Below, piece by piece: positions 39,446 to 51,650 of a stretch of 64,000 nt of DNA (positions are counted from its first letter, which is position 1; the number at the start of each line of letters is the position of its first letter). Location of the stretch: the NCBI RefSeq assembly GCF_031769215.1, contig NW_026782001.1, positions 620,001-684,000 on the forward strand, written 5' to 3'. Position numbers and translations under genes: made by a program. Source of the stretch: Ylistrum balloti. Lineage: Eukaryota. The notes under the pieces were generated by a model. It did not search any database, had not been told where the DNA came from, and was given only the letters and a program-made list of their open reading frames with translations.

Positions 39446-40694
39446 TTCTGAAGCCATGGAGGTATGATTAAAAATATATCTGATCATTTATAAACAAACA
39501 CCCTGTAAGTGTGTATACTTTGAACAGTGTCATTATTTGAATGAATTGAAACATGAAGGTTACGGAAGACCTCAGGGACTAAGATCTTTTCTGTTTTTTG
39601 AGAGAATTTTAATATTTGAGTTTATATTTACTATGATACTCTGAAATGTAATTATTTGAATGCAGCTACGATGTCTATGAAGTTGAATATTAAGTGTTTC
39701 TCCATTTCAATGCGTTCTTAATGCAATACATGTTTAAAGATAAAATACAGTACATCTTTGCAGATTTCAGTCAAAGATCCAGAATTTGCTTTGTTTAACA
39801 ATATGCTATGATCAGTAGAAACCGAGGATATTATTAATTTTATTATCAGTGATAACTTATCACCCATGTTTTAAATCTAATGATTGATTTGACGACGTTA
39901 TTTAGTGCACAATTTCCGACATCAAACACTTATGACTAAGCCAAAGCTAATAGTGGTACAAACCAAACGCTGGTGTAACCATGTAATTTGGTGCATTATT
40001 TGTGACGTCACAAGAAAGGTTATTAAGACGTCACGAAATCAGGACTAAAGCCGAGCTAGTGGCGTTTTAATGTATTACAACAATACTGATTACACCTCCC
40101 CTGAAATAGCCAGGGTTTGGATCCAGTAAGAATCCATTAAACACATGTATAAATGCATCCCTTGTTTACATACAAACAATGCTGTTTATCTTTATTTATT
40201 AGATAAGAACATCAATAAGCTTTTAACATTTGAATAATCTTTAACCCATGGTTTAAAGTGATTAATCAAACGCTTGAATCTTTCAGAAGCAACATGTAGT
40301 TATTATGAGACTGAGATTTCCGTCGTATTGATTTTGTAAAGATGTAAGAAAATGTTCTCGATCCGAGAGATATCACTATGACATAAATCTACGTAAAGTG
40401 AATTGACGATTATCAAATTAAGAAAAAATAAATAAAACGAAAAATTAATCTAAAGGAAATGTACAAAACTCTTTATCCCTATAATCTGTTATTGTTGTCG
40501 GATAATAGTGTTGTGTATGTTTAGTGTGATAAAACTTAATTACAGGGACAAAACAATGTTTATTTCCACATATATAAGTGTGACTTAGGCTTCAGGTAGA
40601 TATATTAAAGTGATGAAAGTGAAACAGATAAAAAATATTCGTGGACACAAGGATGCCATTCTGTCTCAAATAAGAGAAAATGTCAATCATTTAG

Positions 40695-40696
<2 letters not shown>

Positions 40697-40730
<34 letters not shown>
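40697..40730. repeat. (TA)17 microsatellite
   Basis: Read directly. It produces the IYIYIY tail of track ORF 40696-40878. Confidence 0.9.
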
Positions 40731-40733
<3 letters not shown>

Positions 40734-42769
40734 CCTTTCCCACTGTTAAAAAAGGAGTGTTAATAATGGACCGGAAGTAAAATATAGAAATACATAAAAC
40801 ATCCGTCTGTCTCTTCGATGTTGTAAACGCATTAAGAATCTTTGATTTTCCTCGGTCGCCCCCTCGTTTAAAATACATTGGATCCCACGCATCAATAACG
40901 TGTCTTATAAGGACGGAAGCAATTCATTATTCTATTGTAATGTTTCTGCTTCTATCTCGTATATATGATATTGATGATTGTAGAAACAGAAGCGAATAGC
41001 AAATGAACTTCAGAATTAGAATGCGGTAGTATTTAAATTTTATTAAACTGTTTCGTCCTTCAAATTTGATTTAGAATTATATTTTTCGGCAGATATGTAA
41101 GCTATGGAGATTGAATCACCGTAGGGACTAGGCAATTGCATGGAGATAATGAGCGTTAATTTCGTTGCTACTGAGGATGTTCTAAAGGTACTGTTTGGAA
41201 CCGAAATTGACCGAGTAGACCTTGAAGTTATTCAATGATCACCTTATCAGATTTCAACTGGCATAATGGTAAAGTATCGAGAAACTGAGTTGGAAAACTC
41301 GAAAACTTACATTACAGTTAAAATATTAGTGTAATGAGTTCTACATTACGTATTCCGTTATGTAAGAACCAGACTTTTTGATCACTTCAGAGCATGTTTG
41401 GCCAGTAAACATCCAGGAAAAGTCATCCTACTGATATCTGTATCACCTCCAACTACATACCCTAATCAATAAAGAAGCTACGAAAGTAGTACCTCATCTG
41501 TAATTATCTTTATGTCTACAATGATGTATAGGTTCATTCTGTAGTCACCCACATCATTGTAGTATAGATTTAATAAATAACAGTCAGATGCGGGACTCTA
41601 AGTACAGAGAGTCAGAACAAGATGAAAAGAAATAAAGTTATGGGTTTCTTTTCACGTAAACTATCAAACGAATGAAATAATAATGTACTAAATTTTCTTT
41701 ATGAACAATAAAATAAATATGATAAAGATCTATTGAAAACTGTGATGTCTGCATGAAGGGGTTGTTCCTCCGAGACCTGTCCTAGTTAAGGATTTTAATT
41801 GAAAAATTATTTCGTTTTCTTAATATTTGAATCAAACTAACAAAATGGCCATAACCAATGGTTAGATCATTTACAGGGAAGCATGCCACGTCATCATCTG
41901 TTAACTTATTATACAAGGACATATAACAGTGAACACTTACGTGTCAAATCCATCTGGTCAAGGTCTTTTATGTATTTGTGCATTAATATATCGCCAGAAA
42001 GTGGGTTGTGTTAAAAAAAATGAGATTTCGAGAATGGAATCATGATGGAGAACGGAATAATAAAAGTTGATCTTGTATAAGTTTACGACGGGGTAAAAAT
42101 CAAATTAAATTTTAATTTTCTCTGTCAACGAAACATTTTAATCCTACAGCTCAAACTTCTCTGATGAATAAATATAGTCTACATAATTTTGATTGACACC
42201 ATAGTTAAATCATCCCGAGAATAATACAAAATGACTCGCATAAATTGGAGAAAATATATATATAATAAATCATCTTATCGGTAAAAAAGAAGATTTTTGA
42301 CATTGAAAATAACGGCATGTAAATTGAGTATGAACGCGGGCATTTCTATACAAATGGAACTTATCATTTATTTTATTTTAATTGTTATGTTTGTAAAATG
42401 TTAATTGATCCCTATAAAGAAAACATCAACTGCGCTGGAAATGTGACAAAGCAAATATCAAATTTGATTGAAAATGGTTCAGCCCTAAAGACAGTGCTAC
42501 AAGGATTTTATGTTTTCCTTTATTTGTAAATTATCCAAAATACTGAAAATATTGTTTTCCTGCTTCCACTAAATTACAGGTAAACTCACCTGAGCCCGTT
42601 TTAAAGATACAAAAAAGCAATGTACAAGCATAGTTCTGTGGATCAAATGTCCGGTTACTGGAATTCCCTACGCTATACCTCATTCTGTCTGCTGGGAACA
42701 GTACTCAAGTCTCATATTTTATACACATATCTATAATTTTCCCTTCTATACACAGAAAGAAACCTAAGG

Positions 42770-42870
42770 AGAGACCAACAGAATGTGATCGGGTAGGCAG
42801 CTCACACCTTTTCAAGCCCGGATTCCGATTTGAGTGTCGGCATTCTAGGCAAAAGGAAAGGTGCACCATC
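42770..42870 (-). mobile_element. Second, more decayed copy of the same SINE
   Basis: atgtgatcgggtaggcagctcacaccttttca and ctaggcaaaaggaaaggtgc match 6318-6400 (atgatcggtcaggcgacctcctaccttttca; ctaggtgaaaggcaagtgc). Confidence 0.45.
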
Positions 42871-44129
42871 AAATATGGTAAAACATCTAGACATGACGTT
42901 GTTGATCTAAAATAAACAGATCATCAAATTACTCAAGTCTACTCCAACGCAAGTTTCATGCGCGTGGTATTATTGCCAACCATTTCCTTACCTTCAGTCG
43001 AAAACGTTCTGTTCATGAGGAATAAATGGCTTAATTAATACCTTCGCTTGAATGCATTTCTGTACATTAAATGCAAATGAATAAGCAAAACCAGTCTCGA
43101 CGTTCTGTAACGAGTAAAAAGCTTCAGATACGGACATTATGGCTGAGATTCAGACCATGTAGATTTCATCAGACAAATGAAGTTTTGAGATCTAAGATAA
43201 CTTTGGTAGGCATTTGATAGGCTAAGCGGAACCTTAATCGGCATTATAGGGGCTTTCGGTCTAATTTGGTGAAATGGTTAGAGAATTAAGAATGTTTATT
43301 AGACACTCGCCTTTTAAGCAGTGATTGGTGTGTGGAGAATATTAATGGAGCTGGAAGTGACGTGACACTCAGCAGGGATGTTGGCTCCAAAAGTGCAGTC
43401 TGTCACAATGACAACAGTAACGTATGGCTTATCGGCTGATATATTGATGCATCGAAGAGACCTAAGCAGAGAAAGGTCAGCTGTATCACATACCATTTTA
43501 GCTATTTACTCGTTAGATAGAAAGAGTAATTGTGCTGTTTTCAAAATAAAAGTAAAATAAAATTAAGAAATATAATATCAATAAAATAAAATTAAAAAAT
43601 AATCGAAGGAAAAATACTTTCACTGAAGAATTGCAATGAGAAAAAGACACATTTTGAAATACATTGTGTATGTAAAATTCAATATCAAGGAATGCATATT
43701 TTGTACTGATTCAATCGCATTCAAACAACAGAAATCGTAGTGACATGATTTTCTTTTCTGTTGATGTTAAAATTGATTATTAATATTCGTCTATAATTTT
43801 CCTGCCGGAAGAGTCAGCATTAATCTGCCATAGGAATTGGAATTGAAAATTTGGCACGCTTTTGTAAAGATATGGGTAATCTACTTTACAACCACTTATA
43901 TAATCTTACTACTGTGAACTATTCAATTCCGCCAAATTACATATATGCATTACTTCATAAGAGGATTGTGATATCGTCAAAAACGTTTCTATCGGATGAA
44001 GCGCTCTTAACGATGACCGAATTTTTAATCATATGTAGTGGGAGGTTAACATACTGACCTTTACATGGAAAAGTGTAAAAACTAAAAATGATCAATCATG
44101 TGTTCAACATTATAAACCAAGACACAAAA

Positions 44130-44354
44130 GGCAAACTTTTGTAACGTAGCAAAACAAAAACAGAAGAAAGATGTGTGTTTTCAAGTCACAAAGGTGCTGT
44201 ATTTACGAAAACCTTCGGCAAAGTTTTGTAACGTAACAAAAAAAAAACAAAAAACAAAAAAAACAAAAAAAAAATGAAACTGAATGATCTGTGTTTTCAA
44301 GCCACAAAAGGTGTTTTAATTGCGTAAACCTTCGGCAAACTTTTGTAACGTAAC
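44130..44354 (+). repeat. About 68-bp unit in 2.3 tandem copies separated by A-rich linkers
   Basis: gat(g/c)tgtgttttcaag(t/c)cacaaa...aaaccttcggcaaa(g/c)ttttgtaacgtaac at 44170-44237 and 44286-44354, with a partial copy at 44130-44149. Confidence 0.85.
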
Positions 44355-46179
44355 AGCAGAGCGAACATAGGTGTATCGGAATACCCAGGAGGAATGTTCT
44401 GACAATATTTGAGTGGTTGCTGTCCAGACAGATCAGAAGCCAGTGCACAAATCTAATAGACAAAATCTGTGAATCGGCAGATGTGGGGATATACTTGCCG
44501 TTGGAAAAGTTCTTCGATGAAGCTCTCTGTTAGATATTGGAATATATCTGAGTGTTGTATTAAAGTCTAGAAACAAAACGTCTGTATAATATCATCACGT
44601 AAGCTGTGGCTTCAGAAGGTAGGTCAATGTCATACAACTCCGATGACAACGTAAGAGTCAAAGAAGGTATATATTTCACAGGTTAATGATAGTTCATTGA
44701 GAAGTTGCAATTTTACTGAACAAGATATATCATAACGTTAAACGATAAATAACATTGTTAAACTATTGAATTTAACAATCATATCCATAACTGATACACA
44801 CAGTGTAATTAATAATGTATGACTGTGTCATATCTTATTCATTATATTCTTCGCTGAATGCTTGGGAGTTGTTAAATGAGTTCATAAAATTGTTGTCATA
44901 ACTTGTATTCTTATAGCGAGTTAAGCTTAAAACTAAACAGTTAGAACGCTTAATTTGGATTCGACGAAAACATCAACGACTTTCAATATTTTGCTCATGG
45001 CATTTAAAGAAAAAACAATCAATGAGATGTTTTTCTTGAACGCGAAAATGTAGATGGAGGTACAAAGCCATTTTCAGCTCTTGCTAAAATGTTTACACAC
45101 GTTAGGTGTAGAAAAAATTAAAATCAAGGCTGCACACATTTTCCCTAAAAATACAAAAATAACACTTTTTTTTAAAAAGATGTGTGAGCGTGACTACGAA
45201 GAATGCAATTGCTTTGCTAGCAATCAACATCAGTAGAACGTTTTAATAGGCGTGTGTGATGTGGCAGCATACAAGGTAAAATACTACCTAGATTAACGGA
45301 AGTTGTAACATTAGGCAGGGTCGTTTATGATGCTACAAATGTACTTTTTATTTGTTCGTGCGGTGCATGATCATGGTCTTCATAGAGACGCTTCATGGAA
45401 CCGGAAACAGCCAGGTCACTACCGTACAACAGCGGCATCTTTAATCTAAGTGTTTCTTAGTTAGGAAGAAGTTTGTGGTTTGTCATATAGAGCTTGGTCT
45501 CTCATGGCCTGGCGAATGATTTGATTACTTCGCTAATGTGTTTGTAGTTACTGTTCAACTACAAAACACGCAAAGGACAACAAATACACTTCGGTGCACA
45601 ACGCACTAGAAAACAAGTGTAAGTCGAAAGACGGAGAAGACAAAAACATTGTGTTCAAGATATCAGATTGTACAAAAAAAGAGAAAAAAAACACAGGTAA
45701 AGAACGCCTTCTAATGCAAAGTTACAGTTAGAGACAGACAACAATGAGGCTAATGAGCAAAAATCTACAGTAATCGAAATAAATGTTTAGATGGTAAGGT
45801 TCAGTAGGTTCACAATTCAATATATTTGGTATCTTTCATATATCTGATAATGTTAGAAACAATATGGTGTACGTGCATATGAAATGTGAGACAATCCGGA
45901 TTATCTACCTGTGTCACACTTGTACTCATATATCTGATGAATTATATCACAGATCGTGACTTAGAGAGATCCAGGAATTATATAATGACAGCAATTAGAT
46001 TTATATAGTGATATATGGATTCGATCACCGTGTAAACAGTAGAACCAACGTTATCAGGAATAGTAAAGGAGACAAAAACAAGCTATTTCCAGTACTATTA
46101 CATAAGTTGCATATTGCACAACAGTTGGCAGTCTGTTGGAAATAGAACATGTTCAAAAAATCAAACTTGTGTAGTTCTA

Positions 46180-46363
46180 NNNNNNNNNNNNNNNNNNNNN
46201 NNNNNNNNNNNNNNNNNNNNNNNNNNNNNNNNNNNNNNNNNNNNNNNNNNNNNNNNNNNNNNNNNNNNNNNNNNNNNNNNNNNNNNNNNNNNNNNNNNNN
46301 NNNNNNNNNNNNNNNNNNNNNNNNNNNNNNNNNNNNNNNNNNNNNNNNNNNNNNNNNNNNNNN
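46180..46363. other. Assembly gap (184 N)
   Basis: Run of N. The true size and content are unknown. Confidence 1.
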
Positions 46364-48059
46364 AATACTATATGTATTTTAGCGTATAACGCTAAACAAT
46401 GTATACCATTTTAACTGCGATGGAACATTTCCCGTTAATATTCTGATCGATGAAAGGTTAACAGTCAGGTCCATTTAAGTATTTGAAATGCATCAAATAA
46501 ACCAGCGCCTTGTTTTGTGGTTTTTTTCAATTTCAACAGTGAAATTGTGTTCATAAAGTTCAAAGAGTATAGAGTATTCCCTTTTAACTTCTGTCTTCAT
46601 CGTTCGTTCTGAGAACGATATCGGGTGTTTATCTTAACAGTAGGTTTCCTGTATGTCTGTATGTACTGCAATTGTCACCAATACCCATCCATTAGTGCTG
46701 CAAAACATATCTTTGTTTTGCTTTAAAATGGCAGGACAACATAAATAAATTTTGCACATGGTTTTTGAAAGTCTTGATGTCGACTGAGAGTACAGGACCA
46801 TCATCCATCCATCCCAAATAATTTCTGGATAAAACTTCTCCATTTTTGTATTAGATATTATTTTATGAAAATACAAAAAAATAAGCACAAATGGAACTTC
46901 TTTCAAAATATCTATGTTCATAGTAAGCATTCAGGTACACCTTCAAGAAGACGACGACACGTACATTGGTATTTTTCGCTGGAGTGATAAATGTAATGTA
47001 CTTTACAATATTTATCGATAGATAACAGAACTTCTTATACTGATACCTAGCCACGTCATATGAACACATTTAGTTAAAAGCCTTTCGTAGAGCATCCTTA
47101 ACTGCATCACTGATTCATTCTATCATTTTTGTATTGCAGGAATTGTTTTTCACAAAGGGAAGATAAAAAACGTTTTATTCTGACACTTAACTAAATGTTT
47201 TAAGTGTGTAAGTGTGAACCACAAACCACGTGAGAACGTGTCAGTAGAATCGTAATCCGAACTGAGAATCGATAATGCAAGGGCAAAAAGTACAAAAAAA
47301 CACGACCAGGTGTTCCCGAAGTGTTAGCGCTCAATTCGCCATATCAATCCAAGAAAGTAATGTTTGCATCAACCTAATTTTTTTTTATTCAATTGTAGTA
47401 AGAGGGAATCGATGTCAACTGCATAATTCGACATCACATTATCAGGGGATATTCTGTAGAGAAGTAGTAGCCGAGCAAGTTGAATCAATGATAAAGAAGA
47501 TAGGAATTTACTAACCTGCAATGTTATCTCACCAAGAAAAGTACCAAATTATCAATGATCTTATGTTTTTCACGATGAAAAATTGCAAGGCAAACGTCAT
47601 ATATATGAAAAATGCAACAGCATCCAGCGTTACACAATGAGAAATGAAAAATGCTGACACAAAGCGAGCCTCCTAAACAATAATGGAACGCAATGAGAAC
47701 TACAGACACCAAATGTCAAGTAAGCGTACACCAGATAACGCAGGAAAACTGGGAGAAATATGACCCATTTTGTGACAGAAGTGAACACATTGCTATAATA
47801 ACACGATACAGACTAAAGACACTGGCCTGCTTGACAAGTGATGGATAGCTAAATCCCACTACAAACGGCTTGAATAGGACTTTCAGTTATGACGGAAAAA
47901 GAACGATACTGACACCGTTTATTTCAACTAGGAATTGATTATAATGGTGCTACCAATAGCAGAAAGAAGCAACGATGATACATTTACCATGACCTTTGGG
48001 TATTTCAACGATATATGAGTGACTAGTATTTATAAATCGTTGTTGCTGACAATTCAAAT

Positions 48060-48230
48060 ACAACCACGAAAATACCGACATGTCAATGTCAATTCCTAAA
48101 CAAGTACAATGCGAATAAGATCAGGTTTTCGGATTAACAAGCGTCTTCCTCCGTCAAGTAAATCCATGTAAGTAATGTTACGTTCCCGAAAGAGAACGAG
48201 GAAAACATCTACGAAATGACCAGACACACT
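48060..48230 (-). mobile_element. 3' tail fragment of the Penelope-like family
   Basis: aaaataccgacatgtcaa...gatcaggttttcgga...aagcgtcttcctc...gtaatgttacgttccc is the reverse complement of the tail. Confidence 0.5.
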
Positions 48231-48399
48231 AACTTACAGAATATTTCCCGGTGAACAATAGCAATGTGATAAATAATGTCATCAACAAAATTTTTATTAT
48301 GATACTATTACTGTTTTTACGAAACTCCAAACATGTATTATTAGTATTAAATTCATAATATCTAGAAAAATATCATTGTTATGCAAATCGTAATTCTCA

Positions 48400-48710
48400 G
48401 CAATAGTATTCTTACTGCAAATATCATAATTTGAAGAAAAGAATATTGTTACGAAAAACTTAATATCTAGTATTCGCACTCTTACTATGAAAACCATTTA
48501 TATCTATAAATAGCATTCTTACTAAAAATCTTAACATCTAGTAATAATATTCTTACTACGAAAACCGTTATATGTAAAAATATTTTTAATTCAACTAAAA
48601 TCCTTACATCTAGGAATAGTATAATCGTTTCACCTGGGCATGTACTTTTACGAAAATCCTTCAGAACTTTGTATTGTTTCTATAAAAATCCTAACATCTA
48701 AAATGACGAC
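48400..48710 (+). repeat. Old, degenerate AT-rich tandem repeat
   Basis: Recurring attcttacta(c/t)gaaaa and aaaatc(c/t)taacatcta motifs. The period could not be fixed by eye. Confidence 0.55.
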
Positions 48711-48984
48711 CAATTACTTCTGAAATGAAGAAAAAATGGTCTTGCTAAGAAATATAAAGGAACCACTGTAATGAAAACTTCATTATTTAGGAATTGTAGC
48801 ATTATACATTATATCCTGGAATCAGCTAGAAATTGTTATCATTGTTACGAAAATTCTCACATTTATTAAAAAAACTTATCAAATAAAAACTATCAAACAT
48901 TATGACAAGTTTTTGTGAATAATGTTACGTTTCGTCCGATATCTCGTTCGGATATCGAAAGGTAGGATGTCATTTTGACCAAAC

Positions 48985-49420
48985 GCATCACAGCTCGAAA
49001 AGAACTGACTGCGTATAAAGTTTAAATCTGCATCACAGCTCAATAAGAACTGACTGCGTATAAAGTTTAAATCTGCATCACAGCTCAATAAGAACTGACT
49101 GCGTATAAAGTTTAAATTTGCATCACAGCTCAATAAGAACTGACTGCGTATAAAGTTTAAACTTGCATCACAACTCAACAAGAACTGACTGCGTATAAAG
49201 TTTAAATCTGCATCACAGCTCAATAAGAACTGACTGCGTATAAAGTTTAAACTTGCATCACAGCTCAATAAGAACTGACTGCGTATAAAGTTTAAACTTG
49301 CATCACAGCTCAATAAGAACTGACTGCGTATAAAGTTTAAATCTACACACAACTCAACAAGAACTGATTGCATTTAAAGTTTAAATCTGCATCACAGCTC
49401 AATAAAACCTGAATGCGTAT
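48985..49420 (+). repeat. 45-bp minisatellite (about 9.5 copies)
   Basis: Unit gcatcacagctcaataagaactgactgcgtataaagtttaaatct. It generates track ORF 48900-49373. Confidence 0.95.
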
Positions 49421-50929
49421 GACGTTTGTATCCGCCGCTGCCCACAACCAATTTCGGGTTCGGGGTAAAGGATGGACCCAATGTTAACATTTGCAAAATG
49501 TCTAGACTGTGAGCATTGCTTGTTCCACATTGCAACGTAAGCTGATAACAATACTATAATGCGATATAGAAACAAATATGGCCACTTATCTGATACCTTA
49601 GTGCTTTATTAAGATAACTCGCTCAAATACAGGTGGTCCCAAATTCGAACGTCTTCTCATTGCTGTATGAGCAGAGTCTGATCCTAATTTTGACAAATGT
49701 TTTGTACATGTTAAGAAATAGCTAGCGTTAGGATATCTACCAATAATACGTATTACAAATCAGTAACGTGATATTTAGTTGTTAACTTGGATTGATCTGA
49801 CTTATAGATATCCAAGAAATAGAAACTGTTTTCACAGTTGAAATTTCCTGTTCTGAAGCGCGAGTAATGAGCGACGTTTTAAATGATTAAGCGATCGACG
49901 TTCTGAGAATAGCATTTTCCTCTTTAAATAACTTGCATGTGTAAAATTCTGGCTGATATTGATGTAGTGAGTATACTTTCTGTGGTTCTGACTTGTTTTT
50001 GTGTGTCGGGGGTTGGTTCTGGTTAATTATAAATGACTGAACTGGGTGATTGTTTTTCGAGGATTGTTTGAAAAAGCAACGACTGGCATAACACTGTTAA
50101 ACTTTTACGAAGGAGTTTGCGTAATAGAAGTTATAAGAGGATATCTCAATTCAATGTGATAAAAAACAAACAATTGTGTTGATATCTTGTGAGTTAGTTC
50201 CGTTTTATAATAATATGGTTAACTATGAACTTGATGACGACTTGAAAGTATATGTTAAAAATACGTTGAAATAGGTTTGTTCATATAAATATCTGCTTGG
50301 GAAAATTTTTAGCAACTTACTTCGGAATTCATGTTTTAATCATAGTAAAATTTAGTATATTATTCATAGTATAGAAAGACATGAAAGGACATCAAAAGAT
50401 GAAAGACAATGTGAAAAAACAGCACGTTTAAGCAGAGGTTTAGAGGACGAGCTGCATTTCATATTTGTTACAACGAGCTCAATGTACGTTGCATTATACA
50501 TTAAAAGAACGAGCTAAGCTCATATATTTTCAGGTAAGTCAATTTACTTGCAGTTGTAAATAAGAAGACAGTAAATAAGCAGTGTTAATTTCGCATTGCT
50601 CTTAATAAACTATGGCCAAGTGTAATCAAAATTGTCATCTAGCATAGGTCACATACGATGTACGTAACAAATAAAGATTTCACTAATGCTGTTATTCCCT
50701 GCTCTTTTTTATCAGGTGTTTTAGGTTTCATCATCAAACTGGAAATGAAGTATATATTGAATCATTGGTTTCTTTGATTAAAATAACAGCAGTGGCTGTA
50801 TCGATTAGCAAACTTACCTTGTTTTCCACATCCTATATGTTCATTGCGTCTTTAGAATATATTTAAAAATTGGTCTACTTCGCATTGTATGAGAAACAAG
50901 GTTTATAACTTACCAACCAATGAATTCAA

Positions 50930-51650
50930 GATATAACTCGGCACTTATTGGCCAATGAAAATATTTTTTGCGAAAATTATTTGCAAATACGGTCGCAGTT
51001 TACAACATTGGAATTGGAAATCAAGAACAGGATAGATTTTTCAACATCATCCGCCATTCTCGTTCTTTTCATACCATGGAACGAACATGAACATCTTTTC
51101 ACCAAGCTGTAGCTGTATGGAAAGTGTGGTGACTTCAATTTTAACATTGTGAATTTTCCATTTCCTTATAGCAATATAGCTGCATCACCGAACCTATGGT
51201 GTGTACATGTCACAATTGATCTGACATCCAAGTGGTGTTTCGAATTTCACGATTTTTTTGCAAGATGTCGGCAACTGGCAGACAAAAGTATAATACAGTA
51301 TTTTAAAAGAAAGAGGTTGACAAAATGAAGGGGATGTTTTGCGGTCGCCGTTGTAATCTCGTTGAGAAATGTTATTTTTCTTTGTGCGATATGAAGCTAT
51401 ACGTGTTATGTGCTCGTTACTTTGCCTGTTAGGTCCGTTGTTGTATACCCTGTTCTCATTTGAGGATCTGACATAACTTACTTTGATTGACCAAAATTTA
51501 CATAGTGTTAATAAAACTGAAGACGCTTACTCTCTCTGAACACCTTGTCTTATTAACCTTGTGCTTTTTTCAGCAGTTTCCTTATAAATCTTCCTTTGTT
51601 CAAACTTTGCCCTTGATTCTGTTAACATGTTGGTATCTTTTCTTTAGTTT
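50930..51650 (+). mobile_element. Penelope-like retroelement remnant: RT C-terminus + 3' tail
   Basis: Translates ELEIKNRIDFSTSSA...LFTKL*LYGKCGDFNFNIVNFPFPYSNIAASP / YGVYMSQLI* ... FCGRRCNLVEKC with stops and frameshifts. It is followed by the tail gttgttgtatacc...gaagacgcttactc...aacacc. Confidence 0.75.

Noticed and set aside
46114-46389. ORFs spanning the N run
   Set aside because: They are open only because of the assembly gap.
48925-48962. tttcgtccgatatctcgttcggatatcgaaa as another hammerhead
   Set aside because: It has GGACGAAAC on the minus strand but no CUGANGA box and none of the family flanks. It is better explained as a short GATATC inverted repeat.
48900-49373. 157-aa ORF with a 15-aa repeat (FIRSQFLLSCDADLN)
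   Set aside because: A 45-bp unit divisible by three keeps a frame open. There is no ATG start, splice context or known domain.
51100-51340. In-frame stops in the Penelope-like RT as possible selenocysteine codons (reported for some clam Naiads)
   Set aside because: The stops include TAG, one TGA sits at an Arg position consistent with CpG decay, and frameshifts are present. This is ordinary pseudogenisation.
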